Positions 1-9,649 of a stretch of 64,000 bases of DNA are shown in pieces. Positions within the stretch are counted from its first letter, which is position 1, and each line of letters starts with the position of its first letter. The notes below the pieces were generated by a model. That model saw nothing but the letters and a program-made list of their open reading frames with translations. It did no database searches and was not told the DNA's origin. The stretch lies in contig CAXXMD010000002.1 of NCBI GenBank assembly GCA_963675755.2, positions 352,001 through 416,000 of the forward strand. The letters are read 5' to 3'. The DNA comes from a bacterium. GTDB taxonomy: Bacteria; Zhuqueibacterota; Zhuqueibacteria; Residuimicrobiales; Krinioviventaceae. The translations under genes were made by a program, and so were the position numbers.

Positions 1-882
1 GATATTTCACCTTTTCTACAAAAGGGAAAAAATTGTATAGCAGTAGAAGCAACCAACCGACCCGGATTTGGTTGGATGTTATTTCAAGGACAAATTCTCT
101 TGAAAAATGGGTCAATCATTGAAATTCTTTCAGATTCTACATGGAAGGAATCAGACAAAGAGATGCCAGGATGGCACACTCTGGATTTTAATGATGCGGC
201 ATGGGGAAAACCCCTTGTGGCAAATGAATTGCAAATGTTAGAAATCTCAAAAATGCGGGATCCGCAAAAGTTGGTTCCTTCAACAGGCATTCTATGGTGG
301 CGAATGGGAATACCTCCCGGTGCAAAAGCCTGCCGGCTCTATGGTTTGTCAAAAAAAGCTGAATTGTTTGTTGATGGTAAAAAAATTAAAGCCAAAAATA
401 ATCTGGTTGCAATTCCCACTGATGCAAAGGTGCTGGTTGTTAAAAATTATATGGGTGAAAACGGTTTATCACAACCCGCTGTCTTTTATTGTGACAATTC
501 CAGTAACCGACAACTTTGTTCATGGATTGATATGGGTTTAAGAAGATTTACCGGTTTTGTTGATTATGAGACAAGTTTTAATGTTGCTGAAAAAGATTCA
601 ATATTGCAAATAGATCTGGGCAAAGTTTTGCATATGGCTGAAGTTTGGGTAAATGACGAAAAAGTTGGTGAACGCTTATGGCCGCCTTTTACATTTACAG
701 TGAAAACGCCCATTAAACAGGGTAAAAATACACTATGCATAAGAGTTGGAAATTTAATGGTTAACGAAATGGGTCTAAAAGACGATCTGGGAAAACTTCG
801 TACATGGGGATGGGTGGGCACACCGCCAGATTCCTGTTATGATGCCGGATTGTTCGGTCCTGTAAAATTGTATGTAGAATAA
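1..882 (+). CDS. 5'-truncated glycoside hydrolase C-terminal part (GH106/GH2-type jelly-roll sugar-binding domain)
   Basis: Frame 1 is open from base 1 (DISPFLQKGKNCIAVEATN...) into the 76..882 ORF. Motifs FTGFVDYETSF, IDLGKVLHMAEVWVN, GKNTLCIRVGN and GLFGPVKL are typical of GH106/GH2 C-terminal domains. Confidence 0.7.
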   Translation, partial: DISPFLQKGKNCIAVEATNRPGFGWMLFQGQILLKNGSIIEILSDSTWKESDKEMPGWHTLDFNDAAWGKPLVANELQMLEISKMRDPQKLVPSTGILWWRMGIPPGAKACRLYGLSKKAELFVDGKKIKAKNNLVAIPTDAKVLVVKNYMGENGLSQPAVFYCDNSSNRQLCSWIDMGLRRFTGFVDYETSFNVAEKDSILQIDLGKVLHMAEVWVNDEKVGERLWPPFTFTVKTPIKQGKNTLCIRVGNLMVNEMGLKDDLGKLRTWGWVGTPPDSCYDAGLFGPVKLYVE

Positions 883-888
883 TTTTTT

Positions 889-922
889 AAAACCCGGATT
901 CATTTCCGGGTTTTCTTTTTTT
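889..922 (+). terminator. Rho-independent terminator
   Basis: AAAACCCGGA-ttcatt-TCCGGGTTTT hairpin followed by a T-run, just after the stop at 882. Confidence 0.85.
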
Positions 923-976
923 AATATTATTATAACAGATTAAATTGTTAAAATTTTTACTGTATTGATTTTTTAT

Positions 977-1005
977 TTGACAGTATTGTTAAAATTGTAT
1001 ACATT
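977..1005 (+). promoter_or_regulatory. Putative sigma70 promoter
   Basis: TTGACA (977-982), 17-nt spacer, TACATT (1000-1005), upstream of the PEGA gene. Confidence 0.55.
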
Positions 1006-1268
1006 GTTTTATACTTTGGGGCGCATCCAATGCTGAAAATTCAATATGCTTATTATGACTGCTACTTCGACCAAAAGTAATTTGTTTTAATTTTGATAAT
1101 TCATTACAAATTTGCAGTATAATATAAATATTAATTCTATCAGTTAGATTTTTAAATTTATTACAATAAAACATAAATCATTATTTACGATTAACAGATA
1201 TTCTGTCATTGGGTTAATCTTGAATGATGTATAATCTTTTTCATTCAATTGTAAAATTTGAGGTGATC

Positions 1269-3005
1269 ATGAAAAAAATTATCATCTATTTGCTATTCCT
1301 TTTTGTTACCACATTTGCTCAAACAGCTATCAAACCTCAACTTTTGATAATGGATTTTGATTTAACTGATGTAAAGCAATCAGATTTTTCTAAAATTGAT
1401 GAGATTTTCATCACTGAATTGCAGAATACAGAACGCTTTGATGTTATGTCTGTTCACGATAGATCTAGTATTCTGCAACAAAATGGAATTAGTCCTTCAA
1501 CAATATGTAATGATACTGACTGTTTTGTAAATGTGGGCAAAATTGTTCAGGCAGAACGTGTAATTGGTGCAGCGATCAAAAAGGATAAAGAGAATTTTGA
1601 ACTCACTGTTAAAATGATAGATGTTGAAAATTCAAAAGTTATGATGAAAAGTTCTGTTGATTTTAATAATCCTGATAAATCTATGCTGGATTACGAATTG
1701 AAAAAAATTGCCAGAGAAATGGCAGGATTAACAGATTGGCAATTACCCACCGGAGGAGCTGTTGATACTGAAATTAAAGGCAAGGGAACATTGTATTTAA
1801 ATTCAAATCCATCTCAGGCCAGTATCTACATTGATGGTAAAGATACATCATTAAAAACCCCGGCTACTGTCAAAGATTTACAGGCAGGTGCACATTTTAT
1901 CCGCATTGAAAAAGAGTCTTTTTCCGCATCTATTCCCATTTACCTGCAAGCGGATGAATTTAAGAAAATTGGACTGCAACTGGATGAAATAAAACCCAGT
2001 TTGAAAATTCTTACCAAACCCGCAGAAGCAGAGGTGTTTATTGATAATGAAGACCATGATGTTTCTCCTCTTTTAGCCAGCAGGCTCGATGCCGGTGAGC
2101 ATTTGATAAGAATTCGTAAGCAAGGTTATGTTGATTATATCAGCACTGTGACCGTTTCCGGTGAATTTATTAATGATTTGATTATAGATTTGCAAAAGTG
2201 GAGTTCTTTTTCAGTATTGTCAGAACCCGCTGATGCGGATGTGTATATTGATGATCTTTATCTTGATAAATCACCTGTAAATGACAAATTGATTACTCCG
2301 GGAAAACATTTGATCACGATCAAAAAGAAAGGATTTAAAAGTTATTATCAATATATAAATGTAGAGCCCGGTAAATCAACACTGGTTAAATCAAAATTGG
2401 AAAGTATCTCTCAACCTGAAAAAAAAGTTGAAACAAGCTCTGCTGCACCTGCGCCCGAAAGGAAAACGCAGACAGTTGATTCTCAACGTTCAAAACAGCA
2501 AGATATGCCGTTAACAGATAACGCAACTGATTCAATACAATCTGTTTCTCCCAAAACAACCAAAGGTGCAGTCTTGCGCTCAACTTTAGTACCCGGATTG
2601 GGTCAACATTATTCAGGTTACAATAAACGGTCTATCATATATCCGGCTTTGGAACTTTTAATGATAGGGGGGATAGCGTGGGCCAATAGTCAATACAATA
2701 CAACAATTGATGATTATGATGTTATCAAGATAGATTATTTGAATTCAGTTTCAGATGAGCAAATTAATTTAAATCGAGATCTCATGTTGTCTACATTTGA
2801 TGATATAGAAAGTTATGAAAACCAGCGCAACTATTTTATCATTGCAGCAGTTGGAGTTTGGATTGTAAATATTCTGGATGCTGCTTTTTTTGAACCCAAG
2901 CCTGAAAGCAATACCTCAATGGGGATAATGAACAATTCTGAACCCCAAATATGTCTTTCGCTAAATAAAGAATATGCTCAAATTGGTTTTTCATTACATT
3001 TTTAA
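1269..3005 (+). CDS. Secreted PEGA-repeat protein (N-terminal CsgG/TolB-N-like domain, three PEGA repeats, C-terminal DUF5683-like region)
   Basis: Signal peptide MKKIIIYLLFLFVTTFAQ after SD GAGG. PEGA repeats (SNPSQASIYIDG, TKPAEAEVFID, SEPADADVYIDD...GKHLITIKKKGF). RSTLVPGLGQHY motif. Ends in F. Confidence 0.8.
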   Translation: MKKIIIYLLFLFVTTFAQTAIKPQLLIMDFDLTDVKQSDFSKIDEIFITELQNTERFDVMSVHDRSSILQQNGISPSTICNDTDCFVNVGKIVQAERVIGAAIKKDKENFELTVKMIDVENSKVMMKSSVDFNNPDKSMLDYELKKIAREMAGLTDWQLPTGGAVDTEIKGKGTLYLNSNPSQASIYIDGKDTSLKTPATVKDLQAGAHFIRIEKESFSASIPIYLQADEFKKIGLQLDEIKPSLKILTKPAEAEVFIDNEDHDVSPLLASRLDAGEHLIRIRKQGYVDYISTVTVSGEFINDLIIDLQKWSSFSVLSEPADADVYIDDLYLDKSPVNDKLITPGKHLITIKKKGFKSYYQYINVEPGKSTLVKSKLESISQPEKKVETSSAAPAPERKTQTVDSQRSKQQDMPLTDNATDSIQSVSPKTTKGAVLRSTLVPGLGQHYSGYNKRSIIYPALELLMIGGIAWANSQYNTTIDDYDVIKIDYLNSVSDEQINLNRDLMLSTFDDIESYENQRNYFIIAAVGVWIVNILDAAFFEPKPESNTSMGIMNNSEPQICLSLNKEYAQIGFSLHF

Positions 3006-3031
3006 TATGTTCAGATAAAAAGGGTGGAAAA

Positions 3032-4876
3032 ATGAATAGAAAAATTGTTGTTATACTATTTTCCTTTATTATCGTTTTTACGAGTTGCAAAGACAAACCC
3101 ACCGAACCGGATATGCTGAATCCCCTGGATACTCAAAATAAACAAACTGCTGGTGACCCATTCGGTCTTGCCGTTTCTATTGGTAATGGAGGCGTATTGC
3201 TGGTATGGGAAAAAGTAGACGTTAACATTATTACAAATTATAATATTTATCGATCTGCTGAATCCAATACTGGATATCTAAAAATAGGCCAAGTGACCTT
3301 TGAAAGTACAACGTTTACTGATACTACAGTTCAGAATGGTAACAGCTATTGGTATAGAGTTTCCGCTCTTGATGAGAATGAACAGGAAAGTAATTACACT
3401 AATGTTGCGTCTATCCGTATCAACACTGAGCCGGTAATTGATATCAATAATGGAAACAAATATATTACAACGGGTAATATGAATCTCACCATACTTGCCA
3501 TGAACGCGAAACAAATGTGGATTTCGAATAACAAGGATTTTTTAGATGGTGAATGGGAAGCGTATTCTACCCGGAAAAGCTGGTCTACTAGTGAATTTGA
3601 TGGTGAGAAAATTGTGTATTTAAAAGTGAGATATGATAATGATGAAATATCTACAACATCTTGTGATACGGTTTATTATGACACAACTCTACCCGTTGCT
3701 TCATTTACTATTTCTCCCGAGATGGGCGTCTATACTGAAACTCCATTTCAATTTGATGCTGCTCCAACCACAGATAACATTACCCTGGATGAGGATATGA
3801 ATTATCGTTGGGATTGGGACAATGATGGTGTTTTTGATACAGGTTGGACCCATGATGAAATAACCTATCATAATTTTGATATAGGTGGTGGATATACTAG
3901 TGTAAAATTACAAGTGATGGACGGTGCCGGCTGGCAGGCTGATTTTGTGGATTCAGTATATGTAAACACTGCACCGGTTGCCAAATTTGATTGGGATTAT
4001 GATAATGACAATGTTAAATTGGTTCATTTTGATGCTTCAAAATCCACCGATTTGGAGGACGGGGAAGAATTGCAATACCGTTGGGATTGGGAAGGGGATG
4101 GTATTTGGGATACAGAGTTTATATCTTTACCCGAAATTTCTCATGAATTTGGTGAATCCAATGATACGGTTTCGGTTGTACTGCAAGTTCAGGATTTGCA
4201 TCAAGGAACAAGCACTAGAGTAAATTATTTTGATTTTTTAAACGCAATTGTATTTGATACTGATGGAAATGTTTACAAAGTTGTTTGTATAGGCAACCAG
4301 TGGTGGACAGTTCAAAATCTTAGAACGACCCATTATCGAAATGGTGAGCCAATAGAAGAAGTGACTAATAATGCTGAATGGACAACCCTGACTCGCAGTG
4401 CGTTTTGCGCTTTTAGTAATTACCATCCTTTTGCAGAGGAATATGGTATGCTATATAACGCTTATGCCATTGAAGACAGTCGGAATCTGGCACCCGAGGG
4501 CTGGCATGTTGCTACAGATGAGGATTGGAAAGAGCTTGAAATGTTTGCCGGTATGAGTAAAGAAGATGCGGATTATTATGGGCCTGTACGCGGAACGACT
4601 GAAGGCGCAAAACTCAAAGAAGATGGCTGGGACCATTGGGAATCACCCAATACCAATGCTACCAATGAATTTGGCTTTACAGCGCTTCCTGCGGGATACC
4701 GTGATTATGAGTCTGGATTTTGTGTTTACATGTCAAGAAAAACCTATTTCTGGTGTGCCGAAAATTCAACGGAAACACATGCAATTATGCGAAAGATGAA
4801 TTATTATGCTACCTTTATTTATCGGAATTTGTATGATAAAAGATTTGGTGCTTCTGTAAGGCTGGTTAAAGATTGA
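3032..4876 (+). CDS. Lipoprotein with FN3, two PKD domains and a C-terminal FISUMP (Fibrobacter succinogenes major paralogous) domain
   Basis: Lipobox FTSC. FN3 (YNIYRS...YWYRVSA). PKD repeats YRWDWDNDG and YRWDWEGDG. FISUMP motifs DGNVYKVVCIGNQWWTVQNL, YGMLYN, LAPEGWHV, GFTALPAGYR, GASVRLVKD. Confidence 0.85.
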   Translation: MNRKIVVILFSFIIVFTSCKDKPTEPDMLNPLDTQNKQTAGDPFGLAVSIGNGGVLLVWEKVDVNIITNYNIYRSAESNTGYLKIGQVTFESTTFTDTTVQNGNSYWYRVSALDENEQESNYTNVASIRINTEPVIDINNGNKYITTGNMNLTILAMNAKQMWISNNKDFLDGEWEAYSTRKSWSTSEFDGEKIVYLKVRYDNDEISTTSCDTVYYDTTLPVASFTISPEMGVYTETPFQFDAAPTTDNITLDEDMNYRWDWDNDGVFDTGWTHDEITYHNFDIGGGYTSVKLQVMDGAGWQADFVDSVYVNTAPVAKFDWDYDNDNVKLVHFDASKSTDLEDGEELQYRWDWEGDGIWDTEFISLPEISHEFGESNDTVSVVLQVQDLHQGTSTRVNYFDFLNAIVFDTDGNVYKVVCIGNQWWTVQNLRTTHYRNGEPIEEVTNNAEWTTLTRSAFCAFSNYHPFAEEYGMLYNAYAIEDSRNLAPEGWHVATDEDWKELEMFAGMSKEDADYYGPVRGTTEGAKLKEDGWDHWESPNTNATNEFGFTALPAGYRDYESGFCVYMSRKTYFWCAENSTETHAIMRKMNYYATFIYRNLYDKRFGASVRLVKD

Positions 4877-4927
4877 TATATATCCCATGTATCGTCAAGC
4901 GTTAGTTGATGATACATGGGATTATTA

Positions 4928-7054
4928 TCATTTTTCAATGAGAATGAATTTTGCTTCGTTTGCGTCAAACCGCATTTTAATTTCTGATATATTTTCAGAT
5001 TTTTCAGTCGCTGATATTGTTTTTGTTACTCCACTTAAAATATTCAACTCTTTAATCGTTCCACTACCTTTTAAACTTGCCTGACAGGTAATGGATTTTT
5101 TCCCTTCATTAAAGAAAAAATACAACTCACCATCAGGAAACGTTCGGTGCATGTAAGAAAGTTCAGGTTTATTGCTGTCCAGTGATACGTCCGCATGAGG
5201 AAGTTTTTTTATTTGTTCCCGGGTAAATTCATGCGTCAGGTAATCTTGCATCCAGTTAGACGGGGCCGGTGCTGATGCCTGCATAAAGGATTTATCAATA
5301 ATTAATTCAGGTGTCTTGTTCAAAAAGATTAATGTACCTCCTGATTCCGCAAATACTTTTAATCGCTCAAACGATGTTTTGGAAATTGCAGTAACTCCGG
5401 GGATGATAAAAGTTGAATACGCTTGCCCGCTCGAGTTTATTAATTTTCCATCTTGCAAAGTTAATAACGAGCTTAATGCCTGATCATCAACAATATCATA
5501 GTCGCGCTGATTGCTTACGAGTTTGCGAGCAGTGTCCCACAATATATCGTTTGCACCCCAGTCTTCCAGCCAGTAACTCTGCGTGGGGAAATAAATCCCA
5601 ATGTTTGCCGTCGGTCGTCCTTGGGATAATAAATAGGATGCCGCGTTTGTGTATTGCATCACTTGCGGGAATTGTTCTTCTGCCATATAGCCCCGTATGT
5701 TAACCTGACCTTTTGAAGAGGCTCCATAAAACATGAATTCAAACAGATTTATCCCCCGAACCAGTTGATAGTTTACACCCCACAATACCTGGTCACAATT
5801 GGGACGGGGATTATATGCCGCGTAACTTTCGCTGAGTGCCCTGGGTCTGCCATACAAGTGAGAGGCAGAGGAAGCCAGCTTTACAAAATCTGCTACAGTG
5901 CCTGGCCATACCTGGTTCCAGATTGCATCTACACCCGGTATCTGTACCTTGCGCATGGGTCTGAAAAAATCACCCGTAGACCTAAACAGCTTGGGGAGAA
6001 CATGTTCATTGTTCAAATGGGTCATGTATTCTACATTATTACGGGCACACCAGTCCGCCTGCATCCCGAAAAAGTGATTTCCAAAAAGCTCTGACCATAC
6101 ATCCCAATAATCTGCTTTGGCGCGTTTTTCTTTTTCTGATTGGACTGGCGCAAAGAATGATGCCAGATAAGATTTTACATCGAATCCCTTTTTGTTTATA
6201 AATGTATCCAGCATACCTGTTGTCCAGGGAATGTAGCCAAAATCCGGTTCATCTCCTCTGAATCCCAGAACGGTTTCCCCAAACTCGTCGCCAATGAAAT
6301 TTTTATATCCTTCATGGGTCCAATTGATGAATTGAGATACTGCCTGGGGATCCAGTAAATTCCCCATCGAGTTTTTTCTTGTCTTGGCACCTGTAGAATC
6401 GTTCACGGCACGGGTAACCGGCGTTCTGAATTGGTGATCGATAATACGAATTTCCCACTGCCCGGATGGCGCCTGCCAGTGCAGTTTGTTGTTTTTGGTA
6501 TCCAGTATTATACTGGTTTCATTGTCAAGGTTCACTGCAACAGCACCCACTACATTGTCTGCCAGGTTTTTGTCTATACTCTGATTTCCGGTCAATTCGA
6601 ATTTTTCTGCAATCCCTAATCCCTGCATACGTAGATCCGGACGCTCCTGGCTGAATTTGCCACCCGCAAATCCGCTGGGATATTTGCCCTCATCAATGAT
6701 CCATACGCGCATATTCCGCTTTTTGGCTTCATCCACTGCATACCGTATCATTGCAAACCATTCATCAGACAGATAAGGCGCATTGTCCATGCGATACCCT
6801 GCTTCAATAGTTACGGTGCGGAATCCTCTTTTATAAAGCGCATCCAGATCTCGCTCAATAACCTTGTGAGACATGGGCCCATCCCAGCCCCAGGTTACGG
6901 TGGCGCAATATTCGGATGGAGGTCCCTGCGCTTGTTTTACAGCATCATTTAATTTAATATCTGACAAATGCTGCCAGGAACGATCAGCATTGCAGGAGAA
7001 AATTAACAGAGTGATTATCAATAATTGGAAGGATAGAATTATTCGGGGTTTCAT
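4928..7054 (-). CDS. GH106-family glycoside hydrolase (alpha-L-rhamnosidase-like), lipoprotein
   Basis: Lipobox IFSC. Motifs YLSDEWF, WIIDEGKYPSGFAGG, GFRGDEP, IPGVDAI, KLASSASHLYGR, LSESY and LYFFFNE. Confidence 0.75.
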   Translation of the reverse strand: MKPRIILSFQLLIITLLIFSCNADRSWQHLSDIKLNDAVKQAQGPPSEYCATVTWGWDGPMSHKVIERDLDALYKRGFRTVTIEAGYRMDNAPYLSDEWFAMIRYAVDEAKKRNMRVWIIDEGKYPSGFAGGKFSQERPDLRMQGLGIAEKFELTGNQSIDKNLADNVVGAVAVNLDNETSIILDTKNNKLHWQAPSGQWEIRIIDHQFRTPVTRAVNDSTGAKTRKNSMGNLLDPQAVSQFINWTHEGYKNFIGDEFGETVLGFRGDEPDFGYIPWTTGMLDTFINKKGFDVKSYLASFFAPVQSEKEKRAKADYWDVWSELFGNHFFGMQADWCARNNVEYMTHLNNEHVLPKLFRSTGDFFRPMRKVQIPGVDAIWNQVWPGTVADFVKLASSASHLYGRPRALSESYAAYNPRPNCDQVLWGVNYQLVRGINLFEFMFYGASSKGQVNIRGYMAEEQFPQVMQYTNAASYLLSQGRPTANIGIYFPTQSYWLEDWGANDILWDTARKLVSNQRDYDIVDDQALSSLLTLQDGKLINSSGQAYSTFIIPGVTAISKTSFERLKVFAESGGTLIFLNKTPELIIDKSFMQASAPAPSNWMQDYLTHEFTREQIKKLPHADVSLDSNKPELSYMHRTFPDGELYFFFNEGKKSITCQASLKGSGTIKELNILSGVTKTISATEKSENISEIKMRFDANEAKFILIEK

Positions 7055-7320
7055 TTTTACTCCTTGATTGTTACACTAATAATATCAAAATTATAAAATC
7101 AAAACAATGAAAATTTTAAACACATATATTACCTCGGAATTTGAATAGTTTCAATTCCATTCTTAAACTATATACAGAACATCAGAGTTTTCTTTGTAAT
7201 ACGATTACAGCCTGGCTATTCTTTAATTAAAATATGTTTGATTCCCAGGGGAATTCATATATATTCTAATACAAAAAAATCAAATATTTGTTTGTTCTCA
7301 AATCAGAAAGCTGGTATATC

Positions 7321-8246
7321 ATGATCGCGAATAACATTCTGGACGCAATTGGTAATACCCGACTCTTGAAATTACATCGGGTCGTTCCTCAAAATTGTGC
7401 GAATATATATGTCAAACTTGAATGGGAAAATCCCACCGGCAGTATGAAGGACCGGGCAGCTCTTGCTATGATTGAACGGGCCGAGGCCGATGGCAAATTA
7501 AAACCCGGTGATACTATATTGGAATATACAGGCGGCAGTACCGGTATTTCTCTTGCCATGGTTTGTGTGGCAAAGGGATATCCGTTGAAAATTGTTACTT
7601 CCGATGCTTTCAGCAGTGAGAAATTGAATCAGATGAAATCTTTTGGCGCTGAACTGACAATGGTGCCTAGTGAAGGCGGACTCACAACCAAAAAGTTGAT
7701 TCAGGATATGGTTGCAACTGCCAAACAGATGAGCATGAAACCCAATACGTATTGGACAAACCAGTTGGAAAATGTTGACAGTATTTCAGGTTATTATGCC
7801 CTTGCAGAAGAGATTTTACAGCAGACCTACCAAAACATTGACGCGTTTGTTCATAGTGTTGGAACGGGTGCTTCATTACGAGGAGTGGCAACAGTCTTGA
7901 AAAAGTATGCTCCCAACTCCCGGATAGTTGCTGTAGAACCCGCGGAATCCCCGGTATTGTCCGGCGGGCAGCCGGGGCCGCACAAAATAGAAGGCGTGGG
8001 AATTGGTTATACGCCGCCTCTCTGGAAACCTGATCTTGTGGATGAAATTGTACCTGTTGCCACGGATGATGCCAAAGCTTTGTGCAGACGTTTGGCAAAA
8101 GAGGAAGGAATCTATGCGGGACATCTTCCGGAGCAAATGTTGTCGCTGCCATAGAGATTGCAAAAACGCTTCCCCCGGATGCCAATGTTGTAACGCTGAT
8201 GGTTGATTCGGGATTGAAATATGCCAGTACGGATGTATTTAGATAG
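7321..8246 (+). pseudogene. cysK: Cysteine synthase (PLP-dependent) with a 1-nt frameshift near 8119-8121 (true pseudogene or sequencing error)
   Basis: KLEWENPTGSMKDR (PLP Lys), GSTG, SVGTGASL and HKIEGVG are present. The annotated frame degenerates after EEGIYAG. The shifted frame continues TSSGANVVAAIEIAKTLPPDANVVTLMVDSGLKYASTDVFR* to TAG at 8244-8246. Confidence 0.85.
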
Positions 8247-8301
8247 AAAAGTTATAAGATTGAATCAAGTAGATATATTTGAAAATTAAAAGCGAGTATT
8301 T

Positions 8302-8832
8302 ATGAGTACATATATAGCACTATTCAGAGGGATCAATATTGGTGGCAGGAATTTACTGCCCATGAAATCGCTTGTTCCATTACTTGCAGAACTGGGGTGC
8401 AGCGGCATTCAAACCTATATACAAAGCGGCAATGTTGTGCTGGACTGGGAGGGAGGATCTGCAGAATCTCTTGTCAGGGATATCGGTTCTGCTATACAAA
8501 AGCAATTTGGATTTGAACCCAGGGTCTTACTCCTTACCGCAGATGAGCTTGAACAAGCCATTGACAATAATCCCTTTCCAACCGATAACGGCAAGTTCAT
8601 AAGTTTCTTTTTTCTGGATGAAATCCCTGCTCATGCTGATTTTGAGAAAATGGACGAAATCAAAATCGAATCAGAAGCCTACAAGCTGCAAGACAAGGTA
8701 TTCTATTTTTACGCACCTGATGGATTTGGACGATCCAAACTCGCCGCAAAAGCGGAAAAGCTGCTGGGCGTACCGGCAACTGCCCGAAACTGGAATACGG
8801 TTAACAAGCTGAGAGAGATGGTGGGGGGATAA
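8302..8832 (+). CDS. DUF1697 family protein
   Basis: YIALFRGINIGG, TYIQSGNVV, NPF, GRSKL and TARNWNTV family motifs. Confidence 0.9.
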   Translation: MSTYIALFRGINIGGRNLLPMKSLVPLLAELGCSGIQTYIQSGNVVLDWEGGSAESLVRDIGSAIQKQFGFEPRVLLLTADELEQAIDNNPFPTDNGKFISFFFLDEIPAHADFEKMDEIKIESEAYKLQDKVFYFYAPDGFGRSKLAAKAEKLLGVPATARNWNTVNKLREMVGG

Positions 8833-8865
8833 ATTAAATATATATAGATAGAATATAGTAGATTG

Positions 8866-9243
8866 CTACAACTCTTCAATTTGACGCTTTTTAAATTCCA
8901 GTAATTCAATTTTGCGATTGGTGATCTTGTGGGCCCGGTTGATCTGTTCTTTTTCTTTCATGTCTATTTTTAATAACATTTCTGTTGCTGTGCTTCCGGT
9001 AATGTTTCTTTTCGCCAATTCTCTTTTGGCTTCAATGCGAGTATTTCTAAATCTCTGTTCTAGCTTTAAAAGATGTTCTTCTAAATCCTGTTTTACATGT
9101 TTAATTTTTATATCCATTTCTTCTGGTGTACTGAGTTTGAAATACTGCTCAATCTTTTTCATTTGGAGGGTTTGTCTGTACGCAAGGATTGCCAGGGTAA
9201 GTGAGCCAAGACTGATAAATAGTGCCAAAATGCCTAATATCAT
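8866..9243 (-). CDS. Hypothetical membrane-anchored coiled-coil protein
   Basis: N-terminal hydrophobic helix followed by a K/E/R-rich helical region. SD AGGAAG 5 nt upstream of the ATG and a perfect consensus promoter upstream. Confidence 0.7.
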   Translation of the reverse strand: MILGILALFISLGSLTLAILAYRQTLQMKKIEQYFKLSTPEEMDIKIKHVKQDLEEHLLKLEQRFRNTRIEAKRELAKRNITGSTATEMLLKIDMKEKEQINRAHKITNRKIELLEFKKRQIEEL

Positions 9244-9308
9244 ATTTCTTCCTGTTTACTGGGGGATCATTATTCTTTTAATAATACTGTTCAGGATAAA
9301 TGCTTAAT

Positions 9309-9337
9309 ATTATACAAATTGTAAGGTTATATGTCAA
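9309..9337 (-). promoter_or_regulatory. Consensus sigma70 promoter
   Basis: Minus strand TTGACA (9337-9332), 17-nt spacer, TATAAT (9314-9309). Confidence 0.8.
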
Positions 9338-9368
9338 GAACATTGATGCGATTTCGGGATGTATCTAA

Positions 9369-9398
9369 ACAAAAAAAGCCCGCTGTTTAAGCAGGCTC
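9369..9398 (-). terminator. Terminator after tRNA-Leu
   Basis: Minus strand AGCCTGC-ttaaaca-GCGGGCT followed by TTTTTT. Confidence 0.8.
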
Positions 9399-9485
9399 TG
9401 GTGCCGAGGGGGGGAATCGAACCCCCATGGGATTGCTCCCGCTGGATTTTGAATCCAGTGCGTCTACCAATTTCACCACCTCGGC
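9399..9485 (-). tRNA. tRNA-Leu (CAA)
   Basis: Reverse complement GCCGAGGTGGTGAAATTGGTAGACGCA-CTGGA-TTCAAAA-TCCAG, long variable arm, GGTTCGATTCC, then CTCGGC-A-CCA. CCA is encoded. Confidence 0.97.
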
Positions 9486-9503
9486 GTGAATTGAACGTCA
9501 AAT

Positions 9504-9532
9504 AATATAGCTAATCTTGAATTAAATGTCAA
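9504..9532 (-). promoter_or_regulatory. sigma70 promoter of tRNA-Leu
   Basis: Minus strand TTGACA (9532-9527), 17-nt spacer, TATATT (9509-9504). Confidence 0.7.
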
Positions 9533-9649
9533 GAAAAAGATATTAATTTGTGCATTTGTTTTTCATTGATTTTTAATCAGGAATGATTAAATTAATAGAT
9601 TCTTGTAAATTTGATGTTTTTTATATAACCCATATCTTCAGGAGATATA

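Noticed and set aside
4250-4876. FISUMP domain as a diversity-generating retroelement target
   Set aside because: No reverse transcriptase and no adenine-variant template repeat were seen in the window.
8110-8130. Programmed ribosomal frameshift in cysK
   Set aside because: No slippery heptamer or evident stimulatory structure. A simple deletion or sequencing error is more parsimonious.
8912-9307. 131-aa plus-strand ORF
   Set aside because: Antisense shadow of 8866..9243, which has the SD and the consensus promoter.
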